Below are positions 56,905 to 64,000 of a stretch of DNA of 64,000 nucleotides, piece after piece. The notes beneath the pieces are model-generated. The model saw only the letters and a list, made by a program, of their open reading frames with translations, was not told where the DNA came from and did not search any database. Where the stretch lies: IMG/VR virus record IMGVR_UViG_3300035070_002626, positions 235,911 to 299,910 of that record. The stretch is one strand, 5' to 3'. The position numbers and the translations under genes are program-made. How positions within the stretch are numbered: the stretch's first letter is position 1; every line of letters begins with the position of its first letter.

Positions 56905-57234
56905 ATGAAGTATATACTAAATGCATTTATTGCAGGACTACTAGTACCAACTACAGTGTTGTCACAAGAACAAGAGACTAAATTTTTTCTTACTACACAA
57001 CCTTGTGCACCAGTTATTCAAATAACCGACACGATTATGAACAAGTATGGCGAAAAACCTTTGCACAGTGGCAGAGGCATGCAACGGAGTTCATCTGACA
57101 GCAAAGAGTATTGGAGTTCAATGATGTTTTTTGTTAACCAAGACTCGGGCACCTGGACCTTGGTAAGTCTGTATGAAGACGGAACAGCGTGTTTGGTTGC
57201 TAATGGCGGTGAGTTTAAACCTTACTCAAAGTAA
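56905..57234 (+). CDS. Small protein with signal-peptide-like N-terminus
   Basis: MKYILNAFIAGLLVPTTVLS; TAAATA 56874-56879; AAGGA SD. Confidence 0.65.
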   Translation: MKYILNAFIAGLLVPTTVLSQEQETKFFLTTQPCAPVIQITDTIMNKYGEKPLHSGRGMQRSSSDSKEYWSSMMFFVNQDSGTWTLVSLYEDGTACLVANGGEFKPYSK

Positions 57235-57248
57235 ATTATGGAGTTAAC

Positions 57249-58175
57249 ATGGATTCAATTGATATTGCCGATTTGGACTGTATCTATCTTTCTTACGATG
57301 AACCACAAAAAGAAGAGTTTTGGGTTAAGATACGCAACATGGTTCCGTGGGCAAAACGTGTTGATGGTGTAGAAGGCAGCGATGCTGCACACAAAGCCGC
57401 AGCACAAGCAAGTGACACTGAGCGTTTTATATTAATTGACGGCGACAATTTGCCCGAAGAGTCTTTTTTCAATCAAACCATTGAATACAAAGACAGTAGC
57501 TACGAAAAAGCAGTTTATCGCTGGAGAGCACGTAATCATGTTAATGGATTGATGTACGGCAATGGCGGTATGAGTTCTTGGACAAAAGAGTTTGTTATGA
57601 ACATGCGCACACATGAAGCAAGCGAAGGTGCTGATGACACTGATGTAGAGTTTTGTTTTGATCCACTGTACTGGCCGATGTACAATTGCTATTCAACTAC
57701 ACACCCAAATGGAAGTGCTAAACATGCTTGGCGGGCCGGCTTTCGTGAAGGTGTAAAGATGTGCCTTGACAGAGGACGCAAACCAACTGTTGGTGAATTT
57801 AAAGAACGAGTACACAGTCGCAATCTCGATCACTTGACCATCTGGCAAAATGTGGGCAGCGATGCAGATTACGGTCTGTGGGCAATTGCCGGTGCAAGAC
57901 TTGGTACATACAAAACCATGCTCACTGATTGGAACCACAAAGAAGTGCAATGGTTCGATAATCTAGAACAAATTTGGAATGATATAGAAAACACCGATCC
58001 ACTTAACATAATCGAAGAACATGCTAATGCATTAAACAGACAATTAGATTTGCCAATGAGCACATTTTCTCCAGAGCAGAGTAAGTTTTTTAAACATCAC
58101 TATCGCAGCAATTGGAACAATAAAAATATCATGACACGAGAAATTGATGTTATTCGCAGCCAAGAAGGTTGGTAA
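57249..58175 (+). CDS. Glycosyltransferase-like (nucleotide-diphospho-sugar transferase) protein
   Basis: YLSYDEP, AHKAAA, FILIDGDN (DxD), GLMYGNGG, AWRAGFREGVKM; GGAG SD. Confidence 0.65.
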   Translation: MDSIDIADLDCIYLSYDEPQKEEFWVKIRNMVPWAKRVDGVEGSDAAHKAAAQASDTERFILIDGDNLPEESFFNQTIEYKDSSYEKAVYRWRARNHVNGLMYGNGGMSSWTKEFVMNMRTHEASEGADDTDVEFCFDPLYWPMYNCYSTTHPNGSAKHAWRAGFREGVKMCLDRGRKPTVGEFKERVHSRNLDHLTIWQNVGSDADYGLWAIAGARLGTYKTMLTDWNHKEVQWFDNLEQIWNDIENTDPLNIIEEHANALNRQLDLPMSTFSPEQSKFFKHHYRSNWNNKNIMTREIDVIRSQEGW

Positions 58176-58176
58176 T

Positions 58177-59238
58177 GTGAAAGAGTTGTTTGCTAATCTT
58201 GACGCTAACTACAGGCATACATTGAAAGCAATGCCACGGGGCCAGACTGAATCTCGCCCAATCACATTTAGTTGCAATGTTCCGCATAAAGTTGTATCAA
58301 TTGATGATAACTTAAATTGTTTAGTATGCCTGTGTGATGGATGGCTTCCGCTTCCTGTAGGACAAGTACATGATTTTGAAAGTTTAGTTGACGTATTTTC
58401 TAGTCCAAAAGCAAAAATTCTACAAGATGATGTTGACGCAAAAAACTATACATGGTGTGCTGTGCAACATTGCGGAATTAAATACGGCAACATCGAGCAA
58501 TCGCATTACGAATTAGCCATTAACATTGATAGAAGTTGTAATTTACAATGTCCTAGTTGTCGTCGAGACAAGTTTATGTTAACATCGGGACCAATGTACG
58601 ACAAGAAGATCGCAGCATCAAATCGAATTTTAAGTTGGCTAGAAAAATTCGATGATAAGATTAACATTGTACTAAGCGGTGATGGAGATCCACTGGCTAG
58701 CTTGGTTGTTCGCCCAATAATTAAAAACTGGAAGTACAAACCTAATCAAACTCTTATACTAAAAACTAACGGGTTGTTATTACGGAAACAACTTCAAAAC
58801 ACTGAAATTCTTAAAAATGCATTTTTAAGTATAAGCATTGACGCTGGTAGTAAAGAAGTTTTTGAAAGTATTCGTCGTGGCGGTAATTGGGAAGTTTTAC
58901 TAGACAATTTTGATTTTTTAGTTAAGAATGACAAGCAACAAGTCACTACATTGAATTTTACTATACAAAATGATAATTATCTTGATTTAGAAAACTTTGT
59001 AGAGCTTTGTGAAAAATATCAGTTTCAGGGTTCTGTGGCTAAATTAGATGACTGGGGAACCTGGAATGATAAAACAGTTTCTAATCCAGACGAATGGACT
59101 CAAGAAAATGGTTACTTTTTTGAACATGATGTGTTACACTTAGAGCATGAGAATTACGAAGCAGCTAGACAAATATGCACCAAGTTTTTAAATCATCCAC
59201 TAGTGGGTATGAATCCGTCGGTGTTGGAAAGATTGTAA
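58177..59238 (+). CDS. Radical SAM protein
   Basis: CNLQCPSC, SGDGDPL, KTNG, SISIDAG; Cys-rich N-terminus. GTG 58177 preferred to the track start 58144. Confidence 0.88.
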   Translation: MKELFANLDANYRHTLKAMPRGQTESRPITFSCNVPHKVVSIDDNLNCLVCLCDGWLPLPVGQVHDFESLVDVFSSPKAKILQDDVDAKNYTWCAVQHCGIKYGNIEQSHYELAINIDRSCNLQCPSCRRDKFMLTSGPMYDKKIAASNRILSWLEKFDDKINIVLSGDGDPLASLVVRPIIKNWKYKPNQTLILKTNGLLLRKQLQNTEILKNAFLSISIDAGSKEVFESIRRGGNWEVLLDNFDFLVKNDKQQVTTLNFTIQNDNYLDLENFVELCEKYQFQGSVAKLDDWGTWNDKTVSNPDEWTQENGYFFEHDVLHLEHENYEAARQICTKFLNHPLVGMNPSVLERL

Positions 59239-59900
59239 TGACTGGAGGAATGGTAATTGGATTTTATCCTGGTGCAGGTGGGCATAGGTATTATAATTCA
59301 CTAATCAATCGATCATTTGGTAAATCAGAGACAGTTTATGATAATGCCCCAACTGATTACAACGCACGTTACACAACCAATCAATCACATTCAACATATA
59401 CAGATATAGTTAGCAGTCATTGTGTAAACTACACAACATTAAAAAATTGTTATGTAAATCAAAATAATTTTACAATTATTCGAAGTGACCTTAAACGGAG
59501 TTTGTTTAGAGAATATAGATTAATTGGAAGAGAAAGATATTTACGAAATAAAATACAAGCAGAACCTGACTCTGTTAAACTTGAGCATTATCAACATTAT
59601 AAAGATAGCGCATGGCCAGATGTGTACACTATTAAACAGTATTACAGTTTGCCTGCATGGATTCAGAATGAAGTTAACAACGACCGCAAGCAGGTAGCAG
59701 AGAACATTGATTTTTTAGCAGCAGAAGCCACAATAGAATTTCACTACGATTATTACAACCAATACCCGTTTGAAATTGGCGGCGCTAAAATTGTTGATAT
59801 TGATCAAGATGACAACGAATTTTGTGCCGTTATGAGACAAGAGCTTGCAGTACCATTCTCTGAAGAATTTAATCAAGCATGGGAGAACATAGTTGGTTAA
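59238..59900 (+). CDS. Hypothetical protein, P-loop/sulfotransferase-like N-terminus
   Basis: TAATG start; IGFYPGAGG motif and YKDSAWPD motif. Confidence 0.5.
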   Translation: MTGGMVIGFYPGAGGHRYYNSLINRSFGKSETVYDNAPTDYNARYTTNQSHSTYTDIVSSHCVNYTTLKNCYVNQNNFTIIRSDLKRSLFREYRLIGRERYLRNKIQAEPDSVKLEHYQHYKDSAWPDVYTIKQYYSLPAWIQNEVNNDRKQVAENIDFLAAEATIEFHYDYYNQYPFEIGGAKIVDIDQDDNEFCAVMRQELAVPFSEEFNQAWENIVG

Positions 59901-60882
59901 TAGTTATACAGGATTTGGCAAACTACGTGAAGTTTGGTTAGGTGATTGCTACCCTGCAGAGTTTTATTCCGATTATGCACCAGCAGTGCGTGATGCATTT
60001 GAGCGTATAACCGAAATAACAAAGGAAGATCTTGCAAACATTGAATCTGTACTTACAGGGCTTAATGTACAGGTACGCAGACCTGTGTTTTCTAATAACA
60101 AAGAAGATTATACAAACAACAACGGTGCGCTGATTAAACCGCCGATCATGCCACGTGATGATAACTTGGTATTAGGAAAACAGTTTTTTCATTTACGAAA
60201 CCGATATCGTGTTGACCCCTGGCAGTCACATTTACCTGACAGTGTCGAAACCATTACAGCAGAACTTGAATGTTTGCAACCTCCTAGTATTGTTCGCTGC
60301 GGCAGAGATTTGTATATCGATCGAGACTCGCATCAACACATATGGGGAATGGTAGGCAGTACGTTTTTAGACTGGGCACAAGACTACCGAGTGCATATTA
60401 TTGATACAGGCGGACACAGTGATGGTGTTTTTTGCCCAGTGGCACCTGGGATTATTGTTGCAAGTTGCTGGATGGAGGAGTACAGTCAAACTTTTCCTGG
60501 CTGGGAAGTATTCCAATTACCAAAGGAACGTGTTGAACATTTTGGCAAATGGTGGATAGATGATCACACTGTGTCTAACAACAACGAGTTTGCCGACCAT
60601 ATAAATAAATTCGCAATCGATTGGATTGGGGACTTTACAGAAACACAATTTAGTGTTAATATGTTAGTAGTAGATTCAAAGACTGTAATCAGTGTAAATG
60701 AAAATCGTGAACTAAATGACTTTTTAGATCAACGTGGGATTAATGTCATTATTGCACCATTCCGTGCCAAGAGCTTCTGGGACGGGGGATTGCATTGTCT
60801 AACAGTAGACACAGTTCGCGACGATACACAACAGGATTTTTTTCCCGAGCGCGGCAACAGAAATTATTTGGATTGGATGTAA
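59893..60882 (+). CDS. Amidinotransferase (glycine/inosamine-phosphate amidinotransferase family)
   Basis: VNSYTGFGKLREVWLG, MPRD, GHSDG, FWDGGLHC (catalytic Cys) pentein motifs. Confidence 0.85.
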   Translation: MVNSYTGFGKLREVWLGDCYPAEFYSDYAPAVRDAFERITEITKEDLANIESVLTGLNVQVRRPVFSNNKEDYTNNNGALIKPPIMPRDDNLVLGKQFFHLRNRYRVDPWQSHLPDSVETITAELECLQPPSIVRCGRDLYIDRDSHQHIWGMVGSTFLDWAQDYRVHIIDTGGHSDGVFCPVAPGIIVASCWMEEYSQTFPGWEVFQLPKERVEHFGKWWIDDHTVSNNNEFADHINKFAIDWIGDFTETQFSVNMLVVDSKTVISVNENRELNDFLDQRGINVIIAPFRAKSFWDGGLHCLTVDTVRDDTQQDFFPERGNRNYLDWM

Positions 60883-62309
60883 TGCAAAACAAAGGCGACG
60901 AAGTCGATGCAGACTTTAAAAGTAAATTTTTAAGTGATGCAGAAATTGCACAACAAAAATTAGACACAGTAAGTCCTAGCATGTGTCTTGCTAAGTGGAA
61001 GCAACTCAGCTTGCACCTTACCACTGGAATGAACAACAGTTGTTATCATCCGCCATTACACAGGGCAGATGCAGTAGCTATTAAGAAAAATCCTAGTGCG
61101 TTACATAATACGGACTATAAAAAGCAACAACGCAAGCTAATGCTAGAAGGTGTGCGACCAAACGAATGTGACTACTGCTGGAAGATGGAAGACAACGGAA
61201 AACTAAGCGATAGGCATTATCGCAGTGGCGAACCATGGGCAATTAAAGACTTTGAAAAAATAACAAATGCAAATTGGGATGAAGATATCACTCCTAGTTA
61301 TGTTGAAGTAGACTTTAACAGTGCATGCAATCTAAGTTGTAGCTATTGTTCACCACAATATAGTTCGACTTGGATGGCCGAAACAGAAAAGCATGGTGCT
61401 TGGCCAACTAGTACACCACACAATGATCCTGCACACTTTACAGGAGAACGCAAGCCTATACCTGCTAGGGAATACAATCCATATGTAGAAGCCTTTTGGG
61501 AATGGTGGCCTACCTTGTATCCAGAGTTAGAACACTTTCGGATGACAGGCGGTGAGCCACTAATGGATAAAAATACATATCGAGTATTTGATCATGTGTT
61601 AGCTAATCCCAAACCAGACTTGCATTTAAGTACAACATCTAACTTTAGTGTAGATGAAAAATTGTGGCAAAAATACAAAAATTATGTATACAAGTTGTGC
61701 AGTACACACGGCAATGTAGAACACTTCATGCAGTATGTGAGCTTGGACGGGATGTTCGAACAAGTAGAATATGTACGGCACGGGCTTGACTTTGAGCTGT
61801 TGTGGGACAGAGTGCATCAATTCTTGCGTGATATACCAGAACGTAATAGTGTTACATTTATTGTAACAATGAGTAATCTAAGCGTGACCACGCTGCACAA
61901 ATTGTTTGCTGCTATACTTGAACTAAGACAAACATACAGCACAACATATCAACGAGTGTGGTTTGATACCCCAGTGTTGCGTACACCAACTTGGCAAAGT
62001 TTGCAACTGCTACCTGAGAGCTATGTATATGAACTTGAAGCTATCAAGACTTGGATGCTAGATAATCTTGAAACTGAAGCCACCCGGTTTCACGGATTTA
62101 AGGACTATGAAGTTAACCGTTTGGACAGAGACATTGCCTGGATGCGCAATGGGCAAAAATTATCTCCAGAATACATTAATCGTAATAAAGCAGATTTCTA
62201 TAGGTTTTTCAACGAGCATGACCGTCGACGCAACACAGACTTTTTAAGAACATTCCCAGAAATGACAGACTGGTGGAATGATTGTAAATATCAAGCCATT
62301 AACACATAA
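60882..62309 (+). CDS. Radical SAM protein with N-terminal SPASM/twitch-like cluster domain
   Basis: C..KW...SCYH...CDYCW, then CNLSCSYC, TGGEPL, TTSN, SLDG; TAATG start. Confidence 0.9.
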   Translation: MQNKGDEVDADFKSKFLSDAEIAQQKLDTVSPSMCLAKWKQLSLHLTTGMNNSCYHPPLHRADAVAIKKNPSALHNTDYKKQQRKLMLEGVRPNECDYCWKMEDNGKLSDRHYRSGEPWAIKDFEKITNANWDEDITPSYVEVDFNSACNLSCSYCSPQYSSTWMAETEKHGAWPTSTPHNDPAHFTGERKPIPAREYNPYVEAFWEWWPTLYPELEHFRMTGGEPLMDKNTYRVFDHVLANPKPDLHLSTTSNFSVDEKLWQKYKNYVYKLCSTHGNVEHFMQYVSLDGMFEQVEYVRHGLDFELLWDRVHQFLRDIPERNSVTFIVTMSNLSVTTLHKLFAAILELRQTYSTTYQRVWFDTPVLRTPTWQSLQLLPESYVYELEAIKTWMLDNLETEATRFHGFKDYEVNRLDRDIAWMRNGQKLSPEYINRNKADFYRFFNEHDRRRNTDFLRTFPEMTDWWNDCKYQAINT

Positions 62310-62323
62310 GAGATACATACATT

Positions 62324-63676
62324 ATGCCCAAGCAAAATAACGAAACAGATTTACAATATAAAAATCGGGTGCTCGATCCATTGAGTTCCAGTATGTGCGG
62401 AGCTAAATGGTACAACGCTACTATATGGCTAGGATCAGGAATGACCACTAGCTGTCACCATCCTTTGCCTCATCATATATCTGTTGAAGAAGTGCAAGCA
62501 AACCCAAAAGCATTACACAACACTCCTCGCAAAAAAGAAGAACGTAGACAAATGCAATGCGGCGAACGCCCAAGCGGATGCGAATATTGCTGGAAAATTG
62601 AGGACATTGGCAGAGATAATATATCTGACAGAACATATAAAAGTGTAATCTACTCAGATGAAGATTTGCAATCAGCACATGCACTGGATTATAACGAAGA
62701 TGTTGATCTTAAAACATTGGAAATTGCATTTGATAGAACTTGTCAGTTTGCTTGCAGTTATTGCAATCCAGCATTTAGTTCAACCTGGGTTAAAGATCTG
62801 AAAAAACACGGTGCATACGAAGATTTAATCAGTGATGGTCGCAATCATTTTACGCACACACATGACAGTAATCAACTGTACACTTACAACGAAACAAACC
62901 CATACATTGAAGCGTTTTTTAAATGGTGGGAAAGCGACTTGCATAGAACACTCGACGAATTACGTATCACAGGCGGCGAACCAGCAATGAGCGGCCACTT
63001 GTGGAAGTTGCTTGACTGGTTTAAAGAAAATAAAGGCGCAAGCACCACACGAATTGCAATCAACAGTAACTTGGGCCTTGCTACTGCTGATATGGAAAAA
63101 TTGCTTGACAGAGCTGCTAGTGCGCCACTGGACATTTATACATCAAATGAAAGTATGCCAGTACAAGCAGAATACATCCGTGACGGACTAGAATGGGAAA
63201 CTTGGGATCGAAACATGCACATGTTGGCCAATTCGGGTAAAATACGTGGGTTGCACAATATGTGCACAATCAACGCATTGTGCTTGGAAACACTTCCTGA
63301 GTTTTTGGATTATCTACTAACATTCAAACAAACGTATGGCAGAGATTTCCCAAGCTTTACGTTAAACATTTTACGTTTTCCTAGTTTCCAAAGCCCATTG
63401 GTATTGCCAGACGAAATTCGAATGTTGCATAAAGATCGTTTGCAAAATTGGCTAAACACAAACAGAGACAATACATTATTGCACGAACATGAAATTAACC
63501 AAACTGAACGATTGATTGACTATCTTGATGTTGTTAAAACACCACACAGCGACACATTTGATATGCCAAAACTACACAACGACTTTAAACGTTTTTATAC
63601 ACAGTACGACAAGCGCAGAGGTAAAGACTTTGCTACTGCATTTCCTAGCATGAAAGATTGGTACAATGAGCTATAG
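62324..63676 (+). CDS. Radical SAM protein, paralogue of the upstream gene
   Basis: C..KW...SCHH...CEYCW, then CQFACSYC, TGGEP, NSN. Confidence 0.9.
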   Translation: MPKQNNETDLQYKNRVLDPLSSSMCGAKWYNATIWLGSGMTTSCHHPLPHHISVEEVQANPKALHNTPRKKEERRQMQCGERPSGCEYCWKIEDIGRDNISDRTYKSVIYSDEDLQSAHALDYNEDVDLKTLEIAFDRTCQFACSYCNPAFSSTWVKDLKKHGAYEDLISDGRNHFTHTHDSNQLYTYNETNPYIEAFFKWWESDLHRTLDELRITGGEPAMSGHLWKLLDWFKENKGASTTRIAINSNLGLATADMEKLLDRAASAPLDIYTSNESMPVQAEYIRDGLEWETWDRNMHMLANSGKIRGLHNMCTINALCLETLPEFLDYLLTFKQTYGRDFPSFTLNILRFPSFQSPLVLPDEIRMLHKDRLQNWLNTNRDNTLLHEHEINQTERLIDYLDVVKTPHSDTFDMPKLHNDFKRFYTQYDKRRGKDFATAFPSMKDWYNEL

Positions 63677-64000
63677 TTATAACAGTGCCGATCCAATTAA
63701 GATTAGGCTAGCAGATGTAAGTGAAAGAGAACGTGAACTTCTGTCTGAAAGTAAAACATTTTGTATGTACCCGTGGATACACTTGCATGCTTATCCTACA
63801 GGCGAAGCATACCCTTGTTGTCATGCCGAAATGGGTGTTGGTCAAGTTGGAAACTGCAAAAACAACACAATGGAAGAGATTTGGAATAGCCCAGAGCAAA
63901 AGCAACTGCGCAAAGACATGCTGTTAGAACAAGAAAACCCTGCGTGTGGACGTTGTTACGAACAAGAGAAAAGTGGATTCTTTAGTGGCCGTCAAAGTGC
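63666..64000 (+). CDS. SPASM/twitch-led radical SAM protein, 5' part only
   Basis: Not in the ORF track; ATG 63666 open to the window end: FCMYPWIHL..YPTGEAYPCC...EEIWNS...CGRCYEQE. Confidence 0.8.
   Translation, partial: MSYSYNSADPIKIRLADVSERERELLSESKTFCMYPWIHLHAYPTGEAYPCCHAEMGVGQVGNCKNNTMEEIWNSPEQKQLRKDMLLEQENPACGRCYEQEKSGFFSGRQS

Noticed and set aside
1-64000. Stop-codon reassignment
   Set aside because: Conserved genes are full length in the standard code, and TAG (e.g. 28687) and TGA (e.g. 24743) both end genes cleanly.
1-64000. tRNA, rRNA, CRISPR arrays, IS elements, inteins, DGR
   Set aside because: No cloverleaf or T-loop in the intergenic gaps, no spaced repeats, and no transposase, reverse transcriptase or intein motifs seen by eye; tRNAscan and HMM searches would confirm.
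1-64000. Eukaryotic giant virus or cellular origin, suggested by the many glycosyl and radical SAM genes
   Set aside because: gp20/21/22/23, gp55, gp46/47, SD sites and a sigma70 promoter identify a T4-like bacteriophage.

Overview
AT-rich, densely coding 64 kb segment of a large T4-like (myovirus, probably jumbo) bacteriophage, read in the standard genetic code. Left arm (minus strand): fibre and structural genes, major capsid gp23, scaffold gp22, protease gp21, an acidic core protein, portal gp20 and a tape-measure-like gene. Middle: a tail-chaperone/hub gene with a likely -1 frameshift, accessory genes (DUF1415-like, Bpt/ATE-like transferase, DUF6614-like, pyruvyltransferase, SGNH-like), a 567-bp ORF-free structured region, a GIY-YIG nuclease, gp46, gp47 and late sigma gp55. 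Right arm (plus strand): baseplate operon (SLT/tube-initiator fusion, LysM gp53, hub, gp5, gp25, gp6, a 4506-aa wedge protein), tail fibres, then a cluster of glycosyltransferase-like, amidinotransferase and radical SAM genes running off the end. TAAATA late-promoter boxes precede most structural genes. Best leads: a candidate large ncRNA, a lambda G/GT-type frameshift in a T4-like phage, a late glycosyl/radical-SAM/amidino tailoring system, and two structured late leaders sharing a hairpin. No tRNA, rRNA, CRISPR or IS element was seen. Family calls come from motif recognition by eye; no database searches were run.
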